This document shows positions 40,024 to 57,165 of a DNA stretch of 61,581 nt, piece after piece. The DNA is from Basidiobolus meristosporus CBS 931.73 (lineage: Eukaryota; Fungi; Basidiobolomycota). Below the pieces are notes generated by a model. It ran no database searches and was not told the DNA's origin. It worked only from the letters and a program-made list of their open reading frames with translations. Positions within the stretch are counted from its first letter, which is position 1, and each line of letters opens with the position of its first letter. The position numbers were made by a program, and so were the translations under genes. The stretch covers positions 1 to 61,581 of the forward strand of contig MCFE01000534.1 of NCBI GenBank assembly GCA_002104905.1, given 5' to 3'.

Positions 40024-40304
40024 TCAAGCCACCCTTTTTGATGCCACTGAGCCATTCCTGTTTCCCCCCTGATCCTTAGCCACAGCCCTGAGCATTGAGG
40101 TAAGAGTATCCATCTCTAACTCATGGAAAGCATCCTGTTCAAGTACCTTGATTTTGACTTGACCTTCATTAGGGTAGCAGACCTGAGATCACGCTTATCC
40201 AAGGGGTTCTGGGGCCGAGGTCTTGGATCAGAGGATGAATTCACGACATGACAAGCAGCAAAGGCTACTGCGAACAGGAGGACAACAAGTCTCGGCAAGA
40301 TCAT
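40024..40304 (-). CDS. Small secreted pre-pro-protein (about 73 aa), possibly with a further exon at 39696-39920
   Basis: ATG plus hydrophobic signal (LVVLLFAVAFAAC), LDKR dibasic site, putative 59-nt intron 40146-40088, exon 2 ...SVASKRVA*. Confidence 0.5.
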
Positions 40305-41067
40305 GACGGAAACGGAAGGATAGGGCTTGATGTGCCTTTGGCATGTATGCCACTATTTATATGATGTAGTGGGGATTCCTTTGCAAACAATGTCATGATG
40401 TGGTTTAAACGTGCGATGCCTTGATGTACAACTATCCGTCCAGATGTTTCAGGAGCGTTTCACCCGCAGAAGCGACCCACTTCACTAAGCCCATTTGAGA
40501 TGGGCCCGACATAAAACCGAGTGGCTTTTGCTTTTCATATTTGCTCTTCAGAAAGGAAAAGATATGCCATATAGCTACTACCCAGGTTGACTTACAAAAC
40601 TGCATTCCGACCATCATAATCCGATCATAGTAGCACTAATATCCAACTGATATTAACCTCGGAGAGGTTTGAAACCACCTGATTACCAGAGCTATATGTT
40701 AGAAATATCATCTGTGTTCAGTACTAGGGTTAGGGCTTCTTTACTGCAAATGCGGATTGTTTGGGCCATAGCATGTGTAAGCTATAATTCACTACATACA
40801 TAGTGGCATAGTGGAACTCTCAGGCACTTTAGCAAAAGATTTGAAACTTAAGACTTGTCTTACCAATAGCATCGACTCTTTGCCCTTAAGTAATGAGTAC
40901 AATGTGTTTCCTTTTTCCATCTGTGCAGTGGCTGTCATAAGCTTTGTTATTACACCTAAATATTCCATAAAGTTGTTACTTATATCTTAGTCAACAAATG
41001 CTAGTGTATTTTGCCCAAACTCCTTGTTGGGATTTACCCAGAACATTTTATCAATATACTAGATACC

Positions 41068-41770
41068 TGTTGTAAGTCTCTTAATTACACCTGAATACTC
41101 ACCTAACTTAGTCACTTAGATCATTACCTACAAATCTTGAAGAATTCTGACTAAATTCCTTGTTGGAATTTACTTGGAATATTTTCATCAAAATATCTGG
41201 CACCCAGAGCATGAGATTTTGTCAAGTTGTCCAAGCAGCCTTAAACTTTTCATGCATGTTTTTGGGACCTTTCTCAGCATATCCTGTATATTGGTTTTCC
41301 CAAAACAATGTGAATATATATGTACCACCTTTACATTTAATAAATCACTTAGTGAGCACCACATAATCTACCTGTTCTCCCAAGCACTTCCAATATCTCC
41401 CACTTCTTACAGCAGGTTATGTGCCCCAAGCTGTCACTCTCTGAAATGTCTACCACTGCTATTTCAGGAATTCAGCCCTCTGCTGGAAAGCAGGAAGGTG
41501 AAGATGAAGATGCTGATACAGCAAAGAGGCCTTTGAGATATTGTGATGGGAGAAGAATGCCCTCCTGAAGGTGTAGGGGAAGTAGCCCTAAAATGGCAGA
41601 ACAAAGTACAGAGTGCCTTTAACTGTATTTGCTGTAATGATAAAGACAAATTGCTGATTAATGTCCAAGAGTAAAGGTGGCAAAGAATGCCTGGAAGGCA
41701 TAAGAAGGCATCTACCAGTTATGCTCAGCTGCTAAGAATATGCATCTTAGACAAAAATTGGCACATCTAA
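41068..41770 (+). mobile_element. Old copia 5' LTR (41068-41414), PBS GGTTATGTGCCC and decayed gag start
   Basis: LTR A homology; PBS at 41415; gag-like text matching 6400-6780. Confidence 0.75.
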
Positions 41771-42299
41771 AAGGGCACCCAGTCACACTTATTACCTTGT
41801 GCATGCTTAGTCAGGTGAGCTTGCGATACCTTTTGGGTCACCTCAGCATTCCAAATATGGCCTGCAGAGTGATAGCTTTAAAGAAGAGGCTCACTGATGG
41901 ATTGAGAGCCTATCTCTCCTCACAACAGTACCCTGGATGGGTCCAGCAAAATCCCAATATGCAATCAGACAATAACTGTAGAGAAAATGCCAACAATACT
42001 TTATGGAGCCAAGTGAGCCCAGTATTCCATCTATTGGTGAATGATGTGATGTTGTAGCTACAGAAATGGTGAGTTTCCACCAATATTAGTAATGGGTGCT
42101 TTGAGGATATACTGCTGCTTCTTACCAAAATCATTCCAGGATGCAACATAACATGTACATGGTACAAATGGACCGCCATCATGCAGCTGGCAACATATGA
42201 CTCAGAGACCAACCCAATACCAGCATGTTCAACAGTTTAATGGCATTCACATCAGAAAATGCCCCCACTGCAAGGTGTTGAACTTGCCAGGAATCCACC

Positions 42300-43900
42300 A
42301 CCATGGGAGGGAACATCATTCACACTCCAGATATATAACATTGATACTCCATCCTGAATCTGCTGCCAATCTCACAGTATTGGAGCAGATATCTAATGGT
42401 TGTCTCATTGATATCTAGGCCTAAATCACCATTCAACCTGGATAGCTACCTGTGTCCATTGCTGGATGAATTATATATGCTTTCCAGCAGAATACTAGTA
42501 AATGGCTGTTGTGTGAAAGCACATATCATCTTCTGCATTAGAGATACTGTCAGCAAGATAGCTGGCTTTTCTGGGCAAAATGAATGGTATAGCTGAGTGG
42601 GAGTGTTGTAAAAATTTGTATTTCCACCTAAATATTCACCTAACTTAGTCACTTAGATCATCACCTTCAAATCCTAGAGAATACTGACCAAATTCCTTGT
42701 CGGGATTTACTTAGAATATTTTCACCAAAATACCAGGTACCCAGAACATGAAAATTCTCAAAGTTGTCCAAACAGCCCCAAACTTTGCACACATGCTCTT
42801 GGGACCTTCCTTAACCTATTCTACGTGTTTGTAATGCCAAGACCAGGTAAAAGTATAAATACTACTTTTACATTCAATAAATCATTAAGTGAAAACCACA
42901 TAATCTACTTGTCCTCCAAATCACTTCCAATATCTCCAAGACTCTTACAACAAAATGTGTGAGATCCAAGGGATTTATTCCATAACACACACATCATCAT
43001 CATTATCCATACACCAATACTAAGAACATCATCTTCCCACAAGAAGAAAGTATAGAATTCAGCATGCAATTGCAACAAAGCCTCCAAGCCATAAGCAATT
43101 GGGCAGAATATGGAGTAAGTCAAAAAACAGAGATACTTAAGATAGAGGGTACCTATTAGAGTAAAAGCTTTCCACTGGGAGCAATCCATTTGCTCCACCT
43201 CAATATCCCTCTACTAATGACCAAGTTGTACATAGGGCAATACAAGCTAAATGAGCCCTTCAAGATACCTGAGAAATCTGAAAGATTTGGCAAGATATTA
43301 CAGAGTATTCAATACCCAAAGTACTTCTCACAAGCTCTAATTAATACTCATACACACATTCAACAATACAAGTGCAAGAACTGTACAAACTGAGTTTGTA
43401 TTTATTCAAGTGGCCTTCTTAAGCAATTTCTGCCCAGAGTGCATTGGAAGCATTAGGAGTCATATGTTAGCATTGTGGAAATACTTATACAGAAGCATTT
43501 CACCAATTCAAATTTAGTGCATCTACAAATTTCATGCAAGGGTGTTGAGACAGGATTTGAGTGGCTTTACTACAAGTATAAAGCTGAATGTGCAGATATC
43601 TGCTGCTTCTAAATGCATTCTCTACTCCATCTTGCTTGGTGTGTGGAGAATATTGGACATTGCTTGAGCTTTTGAGAGTTTCCTATGGCGCCGATGTGAG
43701 GGGAGATAGGAAGAGAAGTCAAGTTGCAAGTACCACCATATTCTAACCTCATTAAGAATACTACCTTCAAGTCTGTCATGGGCATGATGAGTTGGCACAT
43801 GGAGGACAGCCAGGAAGAGTTGCAAAATACTGACCACAGATGTGCACATGTAGACACCTATGCCTTTGGCATTAAGAAGCTATGTTGCTCCAATGTGTGG
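42300..43900. mobile_element. CACTA/En-Spm (Tnp2-like) transposase debris in two orientations
   Basis: Plus strand PKSPFNLDSYLCPLLDELYML...KAHIIFCIRD...KIAGFSG resembles the Tnp2 motif PxxLDxFLxPLxDEL. Minus strand SQWKAFTL...LYL resembles the downstream Tnp2 region. Confidence 0.5.
42604..42952 (+). repeat. Young family A LTR without a matching TSD
   Basis: Near-identical (reverse complement) to 11254 and 45953; flanks GGGAG/AAATG. Confidence 0.9.
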
Positions 43901-44289
43901 GTAACAAGTCAAGGAATGCAAAGTAGGGTTGGGAATAATAGGCAACTAATTTTTACTGGGACAACTTTACCAAAGATGTATATGTTACCAGCAATACAAG
44001 GTAAATGGCTACTTTTCAAGTGTCACACTAAAAAGCCATAACATTGAGGTGTTAGAGGTGTGTCAATTGCTGCTGTTGCACATGTTTAGAGGTTAGTAAG
44101 TAGGAGGCCATAGTTTCTTTTGACTTGAACCATATGTGGAATACCCATGGTAGCAGTGGGTAGGCAAATAAAGAGGGGTGATTCTACAGTGCATTATATG
44201 AATGGCACAAGGGGAGTTCAAAAAATGAAGCACCATTTGGTAAATTGGTATGGTAGCATTATACCAAACTAGCTGTAGGCTGCCATACT

Positions 44290-45213
44290 ACCATGATAAT
44301 AATAACATAATTTAAGGTCAAGTCTTTGGTTTTGAACACTAGAGATGATACAAGGCCCTGAAACCTGACTGCCAGGCTATTCAGGAGGGTAACCATGACA
44401 TTCTCATCTGTAGTTTATATGCCTACTGAATCCATTTCATTAACAGAGGAATTCTGTCAATTAGTTTGTTCATATCTTGTCCTGAGAGCAACTTTGTGTC
44501 AGAGCTCTTGTCTGAGGTACATTTTCTTAGCTGCTGCCCACAACTGGTAGGTGTCTTCCAATGCCCATTAGGCATTCTTGGCCATTTTTGCTCTTCAGCA
44601 TTGAGTTAGAAATTTGTCATGAATATTAAGCAAATGCAGTTGAAATCATTTTTTCCTTGCTTCTGGTACTATTGAGCTTCTCATTTACCTTAAGGGGCAC
44701 ATTCTTCTCCCATGAAAATATCCCAAAGGCCTCTTTCCTGTGGTTGCATTTTCATCTTCATCTTCCAGACTTGACAGCCATATCCATCCAACTTTTCAGC
44801 AGAGTGAAAGATACCAGTAATGGCTGTAGTGCAGATCCCAGAGAGTGGCTACTTGGGGCACATAACCTGATGTATGTGCTTTGGAGATACTGGAAGTGAT
44901 TTGGAGAGCAAGTAGCTTATATGGTTTTCACATAATGTTTTTTTGAGTGTACAAGTAGTATTGATACCTTTACATTGTCTTTGCAAAACAAACACACAGA
45001 ATATCTATAGAAAGGTCCCAAGAGCATGTTTGCCAAGTTTGGAGCTAGATGATTAACTTATCAAAACTTCATGTTGTGGGTACTTGATATCTTGAAGCAA
45101 TTATTACAAGTATATCTCAACAAGGAATTTGGATAAACTCTCTTAGATATGTGGACAAAGATTAAAGTGACAAGTGGGATCAGTACCTTGGTGGAATAAC
45201 AAAACCTACAACA
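44290..45213 (-). mobile_element. Old copia 5' LTR (44868-45213), PBS and decayed gag
   Basis: The minus strand reads LTR-CA-GGTTATGTGCCC, then gag-like sequence paralleling 11600-12330. Confidence 0.75.
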
Positions 45214-45355
45214 ATTACTAAATTCACAACATTTCAGATACAGCACTGTGTACTAAAACATTCATCTTACTATCACAGTTCACTTGGATGAGAAATTAGC
45301 ACAATGCATGAAGAGTGCAGACATAATTTTCCTGCCATAGTGATAGACTCCTCAT

Positions 45356-45705
45356 AGTTGTAAGAGTCTTAGAGATACTGAAAGTGATTGGGAGAACAAG
45401 TAGATAATGTGGCTATCTCTTAATGACTTATCAATATGTAAAAGTAGTATTAATACTTTTACATGGTCTTGGAATAACAAGCATGTAGAATAGGCTTAGG
45501 AAAGTCCCAAGAGCATGTGTGCAATGTTGGGAGCTATTTGGACAACTTATCTAATTTTCATGTTTGGAGTGTCTGATATTTTGGTGAGAATATTCCAAAT
45601 AAATCCCAACAAGAAGTTTGGTCAGTATTCTCTATGATTTGAAGGTAGTGACCTAAGTGACTAATTCAGGTGAGTATTCCGGTGGAATTACAAATTTCTA
45701 CAACA
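45356..45705 (-). repeat. Solo LTR family A with TSD CTCAT
   Basis: CTCAT on both sides; the first base is mutated (AGTTGTAAGA). Confidence 0.88.
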
Positions 45706-45952
45706 CTCATAAGGTAAACACTTGGCAAATGCATATGTTAGTTTGCAAGAATACCTCTCCATCACTATTACCAGAAGGTATTAACTAATAACTGGTTGCT
45801 AGCTGCTCCTGTCACTCAGATCAACATGGACCATGTATATGATAGGTAGCATCCCACTGTGCTTATGTCAGCAACTTAAACCATTAACCTCAGATTTGAG
45901 CAGGAAACCACTTATACCACTACATTAGTCAAAATTGGATTTTTGAAAGGAG

Positions 45953-46300
45953 TGTTGTAAGAGTGTTGGAGATATTGGAAGTGAGTTGGAGGACAAGTAG
46001 ATTATGTGGTTTTCACATAATGATTTATTGAATGTACAAGTAGTATTATACTTTTACATGGTCTTGGCATTACAAACACGTAGAATAGGTTAAGGAAGGT
46101 CCCAAGAACATGTGTGCAAGGTTTGGGGCTGTTTGGACAACTTATCAAATTTTCATGTTCTGGGTACCTGGTATTTTGGTGAAAATATTCTAAGTAAATC
46201 CCGACAAGGAATTTGGTCAGTATTCTCTAGGATTTGAAGGTGATGATCTAAGTGACTAAGTTAGGTGAATATTTAGGTGGAATTACAAATTTTTACAACA
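45953..46300 (-). repeat. Young family A LTR without a matching TSD
   Basis: TG...CA termini; flanks AGGAG/GAAAT. Confidence 0.9.
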
Positions 46301-46324
46301 GAAATAAAGTCAATACTACCATCT

Positions 46325-46910
46325 GTGCATGCCCAAAGAAAAATATGTAAGAAAATGTCATTAGAATACTATCTAGATATGAGCTAAATTTCTGGTTGCA
46401 CTAAACTTCCAACTTTCAGTATATCTCAGGGAATGCCTATTTGGCAGAAAAGCCAACATATTCTTCAGAAGGACACTAGGCCCACAGTTACTCATACCAA
46501 ATTTGGTCATGCACTATTCACTGCTTCCACCAAGAATTGCAACTAAAAACTTGAAGAACAAGCACCAGCTGAATCTCAGGCAAATTCTGCTAAAAATACC
46601 AGCACACTATGAAAAATCTCTAAGTTGGGTTTATAGTTGGTATTTTAATGGTTTCTTGCTGGCATTCAGCTGATGCTTATGCTTCAAGCTTTCAGTTGCA
46701 ATTTTGGTGGAAGTAATGAGCAGCTGATCACCAAACTTGGTATGAATGCTAGTTGACCTAGTCTTCCCCTGGAAAGGATGCCTACTGGCCTTCTGTGCAG
46801 CTAGTACCTAAGATATGAGAGTTGTTGCTTCCAAGAAACTTGTAATTCAGGTGATATTATGGTGGTATCCTGCTAGCCTTTTCTCAATTTTTTTCTTAGG
46901 GGCAGAGTAC
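46325..46910. mobile_element. Degenerate foldback/MITE-like palindrome centred near 46618
   Basis: 46524-46600 is the reverse complement of 46639-46713 with scattered mismatches; pairing continues outward to about 46331/46903. Confidence 0.7.
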
Positions 46911-46964
46911 CAGCAGATTATTAGATGCATTCCAACTTTGAGATTTTTCAGAGGGGTGGTTGCT

Positions 46965-47228
46965 GCAGTGTTGTGCATCAACATTTAAAACTTAGCCAAT
47001 TTTACTCCGTTTGAAAATCTAGTACCCTAACTGATTTTCCCTAACCCAAACATAACAAATCCCAGTTACAGTTTATTTTATCCCACCTCAGAATCTATTT
47101 TTAGCTATCACACCTGATCTATTTTCAAATGGTCATTACGTTATCAACCTATCTGCCAAGCCTTCCCAGGTGATTAGTCATCTGAGATCTATCCAACCAC
47201 TGTGCAGTTGCCAAGACATCAGTTGATT
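46965..47228 (+). repeat. Dispersed repeat R, copy 1
   Basis: Colinear with 54704-54965 (GTGTTGTGCATCAACATTTAAAAC...GCAGTTGCCAAGACATCAG). Confidence 0.85.
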
Positions 47229-47993
47229 GATGATGTAATTTTCATTTATCTTATGCACCTATGAACACCCAAATTGATTTCAATCAATCCAGTCCCTTGG
47301 CGCTGACTAATTCAACTTGATCAGAAAAGTATAAATAAAGTTTACTGAACCTTTTGGTTTAGGGTGTGTCTCAACGAAATTAAGATTCTGTCTCAGTAAA
47401 AATAAGAATCCAACAATTCCGTTCTAGTTTCTATCCAAGCCTAGTATATCTAGCACTCCAAAGAACACCAAGCCTAGCCTGCCTAGCAAACAAATATCAT
47501 TGCCTTTATAGCCAACCCAGCTATATCCAAGACCAATATTAGATCAGAATCTTTCTGCTAATATTTCCGCCACTCTCTGACAATTCTAAGATTCTGCACT
47601 TAATTGTCCCTTTGGTTCAGTTAAACCATTCAAGAGTTTTATTACACTTTCTCTTGGATACAACATGCAGACCTGCACAATGAAGTAGCTAACACATTCC
47701 TCAGAGCCATCCCAAGCATAGAAAACCTTATGATAGGAGAAAGTGGATTATAATGTAACATAAACACCACCAGGTCACAAATATCAGAGCTTCAACAATA
47801 GGATGGAGTTAAGCACTTTAAACATATGGACAAACATTGCTGACAGCAACTGATATGATGGCTTGTAACTGATTGAACAGGATTTCTATGGGCAGGAGGT
47901 GCCAAAGAATTGGTTTATTTCAAGCCCCTTCAGGTTCTAAAGTGGCATAGAAGCCAGGTTAATTGACCAATATGCAGTCTGATAGGTTCACTT

Positions 47994-48340
47994 TGTTGCA
48001 ATACTCTGAGGAGTATTGGAAGTGATGTAGAGAACTAGGGGATTTATATGTTATTGACTTGTAAATTTATTGATCAAAAGTATGGTATTTATACTTTTGA
48101 TAAAGAAGAGCAAACAAACGTGTAGAATCTGTTAAGGAATGTTCCAAGAATATGTGTGCAAAGTTTGGGGGCTTTTGGACAACTTTGAGAAAGATCATAA
48201 TCTGGGTACCTGATAATTTGGTGAAAATATTCCAAGTAAATCCCGACAAGAAATTTGTTCAGGACAGAATGCTAATCAATGAATAAGATCTATGTGACTA
48301 AGTTAGCATGAATATTTAGATGACAACTTAATAATTATCA
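47994..48340. repeat. LTR family B
   Basis: TGTTGCAA...TATCA; homologous (inverted) to 7034 and 9846. Confidence 0.75.
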
Positions 48341-48773
48341 TTCCAAAGATGGGATTGCTCAAGCCTGCGGCCCCGCAGTTGCCAAAAGCTATCTAAATAA
48401 ATATTTCCAAGCTTGAAATCAGACAACCTCATGATGGCTTGATCTAGATAGAGGGATATGGTTGAGAATAGGAGGATACAACTGGATGTAAAGAAATGCT
48501 GATTATAGCAACTGATGGAATTTCTGGTGTAACTTACTGTAACTCTGACTGGGGCAAAAGTACATATTGAACGCCCTAGTTGTATACCATTCCGCAGCAT
48601 AGGGACGGATTGGATTTTTTGGTGTGTATATACCATTGGTGACAACGAAGATTTTGCATATCTTGATGTTACACACTTTCCTGGCAAAAAATCCGAGCCC
48701 CACCCATTTTATAGTGAGATACAACCTTTGATTCCCTCAGCTCTGTTACGATTGCTAGTTGCTCCAGTGTTGT

Positions 48774-53973
<5,200 letters not shown>

Positions 53974-54153
53974 GGTGAGGGAAAGCCGCCTTATTAATGA
54001 AATCTCTTTCTAAATACCAATCCAAAATACCATACAATAAAGCTGCCAGCTAAGAGATTTAAAATCTAGTATGTTAATATTCTCAGATGGTTTACTCCAA
54101 TCTGATATTGGAATGAATAAAGTATAGCTTATCAGGTAATGACATATGGTTTT

Positions 54154-54203
54154 TGTTGTAAGAGTTTTGGAGATATTGGAAGTGACTGGGTGAAGAAGTA
54201 GAT
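54154..54203 (-). repeat. Family A LTR fragment (about 50 bp) broken and joined to TTAGGGTTAGGG
   Basis: TGTTGTAAGAGTTTTGGAGATATTGGAAGTGACTGGG...GTAGATT, then TAGGGTTAGGG where the LTR should continue ATGTGG. Confidence 0.85.
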
Positions 54204-54243
54204 TTAGGGTTAGGGAGGGAAAGTCACCAAGTTGGTAAAATCT

Positions 54244-54435
54244 TTAGGGGAGGGATGGTCACCAAGTGGTGAAATCTTTATTTACCTATGACAAGTATCT
54301 AAAGAATACAGGTTAATCTGAAGTTATTCCTAGAAAGCTAGGTCTCAGAGATATCTTCCTGGTAAGCCAGGTCTGAGAGTTGAGAAGTTGAGTGGTACTA
54401 TATTTCCTAAGTAGCTAGGTCTGACAGAGTTTTCC
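54244..54435 (-). mobile_element. 5'-truncated SINE (unit B)
   Basis: Matches 58211-58400. Confidence 0.85.
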
Positions 54436-54569
54436 TTAGGGTTAGGGGTCCAAGTTCTTCTATTGAATCTGATTAAGTATAGTAATACCATTTCAACTTG
54501 ATTCAAGTTGAATAATGCAAATTGTACAAAGTAGTTACATCCATAGTAAGGTAAAGGTGCAAGTACTGC

Positions 54570-54707
54570 TAAGGGTCAGGGGGGGAGACAGTCACCAACA
54601 GGTGAAATCTTTATTTCAGTTGAAACAAAGAAGCCAGCGCTACTGTTGTAGCTTTGATACAAGAGTGTGTAGCAGAGGGGATTCTGTAGGTAAGTTAATA
54701 AGAAGTG
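54570..54707 (-). mobile_element. Heavily 5'-truncated LINE (unit A) 3' end
   Basis: Matches 58746-58880. Confidence 0.88.
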
Positions 54708-54965
54708 TTGTGCATCAACATTTAAAACATATCCTATTTTATTCCTTCAGAAAATCTAGTACCCTAACTAATTTTCCCTAACCCAAACATACCTAATCCC
54801 AGTTATAGTTTATTTTATCACTTCTCAGAATCTATTTTTAGCTGTCACACCTGATCAATTTTCATGTGGTCATTATGTCCTCAACTGATCTGTTAAGTCT
54901 TTCCAATTGATTAGTCATCTGAGATCTATCCAACCACTTAGCAGTTGCCAAGACATCAGCTGATT
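54704..54965 (+). repeat. Dispersed repeat R, copy 2, embedded in the array
   Basis: Colinear with 46965-47228. Confidence 0.85.
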
Positions 54966-55762
54966 TAGGGGAGGGAAAGTCACCAAGGTAGGTGAAATCT
55001 TTATTTGATTTCAGACAAGTCTAACTACAAATAAAGAAGCCAGCTGGGAGTAGAAGATTCCCAAAGTAAACACTAGGTTGAATATGAATAAATCTAAGCT
55101 AAAGTTAAGGCAGTATCCCAGAGTACACTGGAGTTCAGGTTCATGGGGGAGTGAAGTAGGTAAGCTTGAGAGATATAATAATCTTTCAGGAAGTGGGTAA
55201 CAGCAGGTGAAGGGGAGTTTCTGATAAGTGAAGTGAATCTTGAGAGCAGAGATTCCTCTAATGAGAAGGTCTTGTAAACTGGAGAATCAGGAAACTCTTT
55301 AAAGGCATGGTCAGTAGGTTCCCAGTAAAACTGGTCAGAGACACTTTGAGAGAATTGTTTAGCAATACTTTTGTCAAGTACTGCCTCCAGAGTGTGATGG
55401 TTGATAAATCTCATGTTAACAATCTTGGATAAATTGTAACCTTGTTGCTTGAGATACATGCTATGCTCAGATATAGGAATAAATTCCACATTGGCAAAGT
55501 AGCAGACAGCCCAGTCAGTAGCAGGAGGCAAATGAGAAGTGGCAGGAAACTATCTTTTAGTCTTGGGAGGAGCAACAGGATGTTTTGAGGGAGCAGAAAC
55601 AGGCTTTTTGACAGCTTCAGAGTAAGAAGAGTGAGCAGGAGCAGATGATTCTTCGGTAGTCTTTTTGGCAGGAAGAGCTGGCACAGAGACAATAGATTCT
55701 TGCAGATCAGAGAAGGCAGAAAATAGCTTTTAAACTTGTTTCTTCAATAGAGCATTTTCAGC
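54964..55762 (-). mobile_element. ORF1/Gag-only unit C1 (5'-truncated, frameshifted) with its own 3' module
   Basis: ORF 55094-55531 (PPATDWAVCYF...WDTAL) is homologous to 57310-58110. The stop is followed by a short UTR and the shared hairpin tail. Confidence 0.8.
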
Positions 55763-56053
55763 TTAGGGTTAGGGGAGGGAAAGTCACCAAGTTGGTGAAA
55801 CCTTTATTTGAGTCAATAACTAATCTAATTACAAATAAAGAAGTCAATTAAGAGGTCTAGAACCTCTCTAGTAAGTAATCTAATTTATGTTTTGTTTCAT
55901 CTCTAATGTTTGTTTCAATAAAGTAAAGCTCATCAGGGGTAAATATAAAAATCAAGGGTTTTTGGGGAGTTCAAATTGCAGATGTTTCTGATCAATATAA
56001 TCTAAGATTGGAACCCAGCCTGGGATTAGGTGTAGTAGGAAAGGTGTGTGGAC
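55763..56053 (-). mobile_element. Unit D, unknown cargo, with the shared 3' module
   Basis: Tail subtype TCACCAACTTGGTGA; bare D tails also occur at 54204 and 57163. Confidence 0.7.
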
Positions 56054-56923
56054 TTAGGGGGGGGGAGACAGTCACCAACAGGTGAAATCTTTATTTCAGT
56101 TGAAACAAAGAAGCCAGCGCTACTGTTGTAGCTTTGATACAAGAGTGTGTAGCCAAGGGGAATTTGTAGGTAAGTTTACAAGAAGTGATGATAGTTCTTC
56201 AGTGCTCAAGACACTGTTCAGTGGCAAGGGGGGTAGCAAGAGAGGTAAGAATGACTTGTGAACAACATTAATGAGGGGAATGTGATAAGGATTGATATTC
56301 ATCATAAAGGAAGTGTGCTGCTGCAGATATTGCTGCCAAAGGTCTGTCAAGTACTTCAGGTAGGCCAGCTTGGGTTTTTCTGACTGCAGAATATAGTGAG
56401 CAAACTTCTTGACTTCAGGATCTCCAAGTATAGTTCTCCAGCAGGAGCCAGGTGTTGTGTGGTGTGTTCTCTTCCAGGCCTTAATCAGTGGGTTGTTGCA
56501 GTTGTGAAGTCTGAGGTATAATCTGGTTCTAAGGTAGAGAAGTCTGATCTTATAGGGCATAAACCCAAAAGCACCAAGAATAGCATGTCTGTAGGGGCAT
56601 TCAGGCAAATGAGGCACCAAGGAGGTAATGCACCATACTGCAAACTTGTCAAGCTTAGTGCAGTCTCTAGAAGTAAGAGAGAGAAGTGGTAAGCCAAATT
56701 CCAGGACAGGGAAGACAAACTGCTTGAGTAGAAGGAGGCAGCTGGGAGCTGAAGTTGTAGGAGGAGTAGCAGCCAGTAGCTTGTGGAGTGCCTGTCTTGC
56801 CAGGATAATTCTCTTCTTCAGGTGTGCTCCAGAGTCTAGTCCAGTAGGAAGGAAAGGAAAGCCAAGATATGTTGCAGAAACCTGAGCAGGTAGAGTGGAG
56901 TTCTCCAGGCTGATGGGAGAGCC
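56054..56923 (-). mobile_element. 5'-truncated LINE unit A (about 870 bp), followed by a bare A tail at 56924-56968
   Basis: Near-identical to 58746-59613. Confidence 0.92.
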
Positions 56924-56970
56924 TTAGGGTTAGGGGGGAGACAGTCACCAACAGGTGAAATCTTTATCTC

Positions 56971-57165
56971 TTAGGGTTAGGGGGGAGGAAAGTCACCAAG
57001 TGGTGAAATCTTTATTTACTTATGACAAGTATCTAAAGAAGCCAAGTTAATTTGAAGTTATTCCTAGAAAGCTAGGTCTGAGAGATATCTTCCTGGTAAG
57101 CCAGGTCTGAGAGTTGAGAAGCTGAGTGGTACTATATTACCTAGTTAGCTAGGTCTGAGAGAGGG
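56971..57165 (-). mobile_element. 5'-truncated SINE (unit B)
   Basis: Near-identical to 58211-58405. Confidence 0.88.

Noticed and set aside
42590-42603. GAGTGGGAG as a polypurine tract making 41068-42952 a single non-autonomous LTR element
   Set aside because: The two LTRs differ greatly in age, the outer flanks do not match (ATACC/AAATG), and the upstream sequence is Tnp2-like.
54492-54512. Perfect 10-bp inverted repeat TTCAACTTGA-T-TCAAGTTGAA
   Set aside because: It is a single AT-rich instance with no recurrence and cannot be distinguished from chance.
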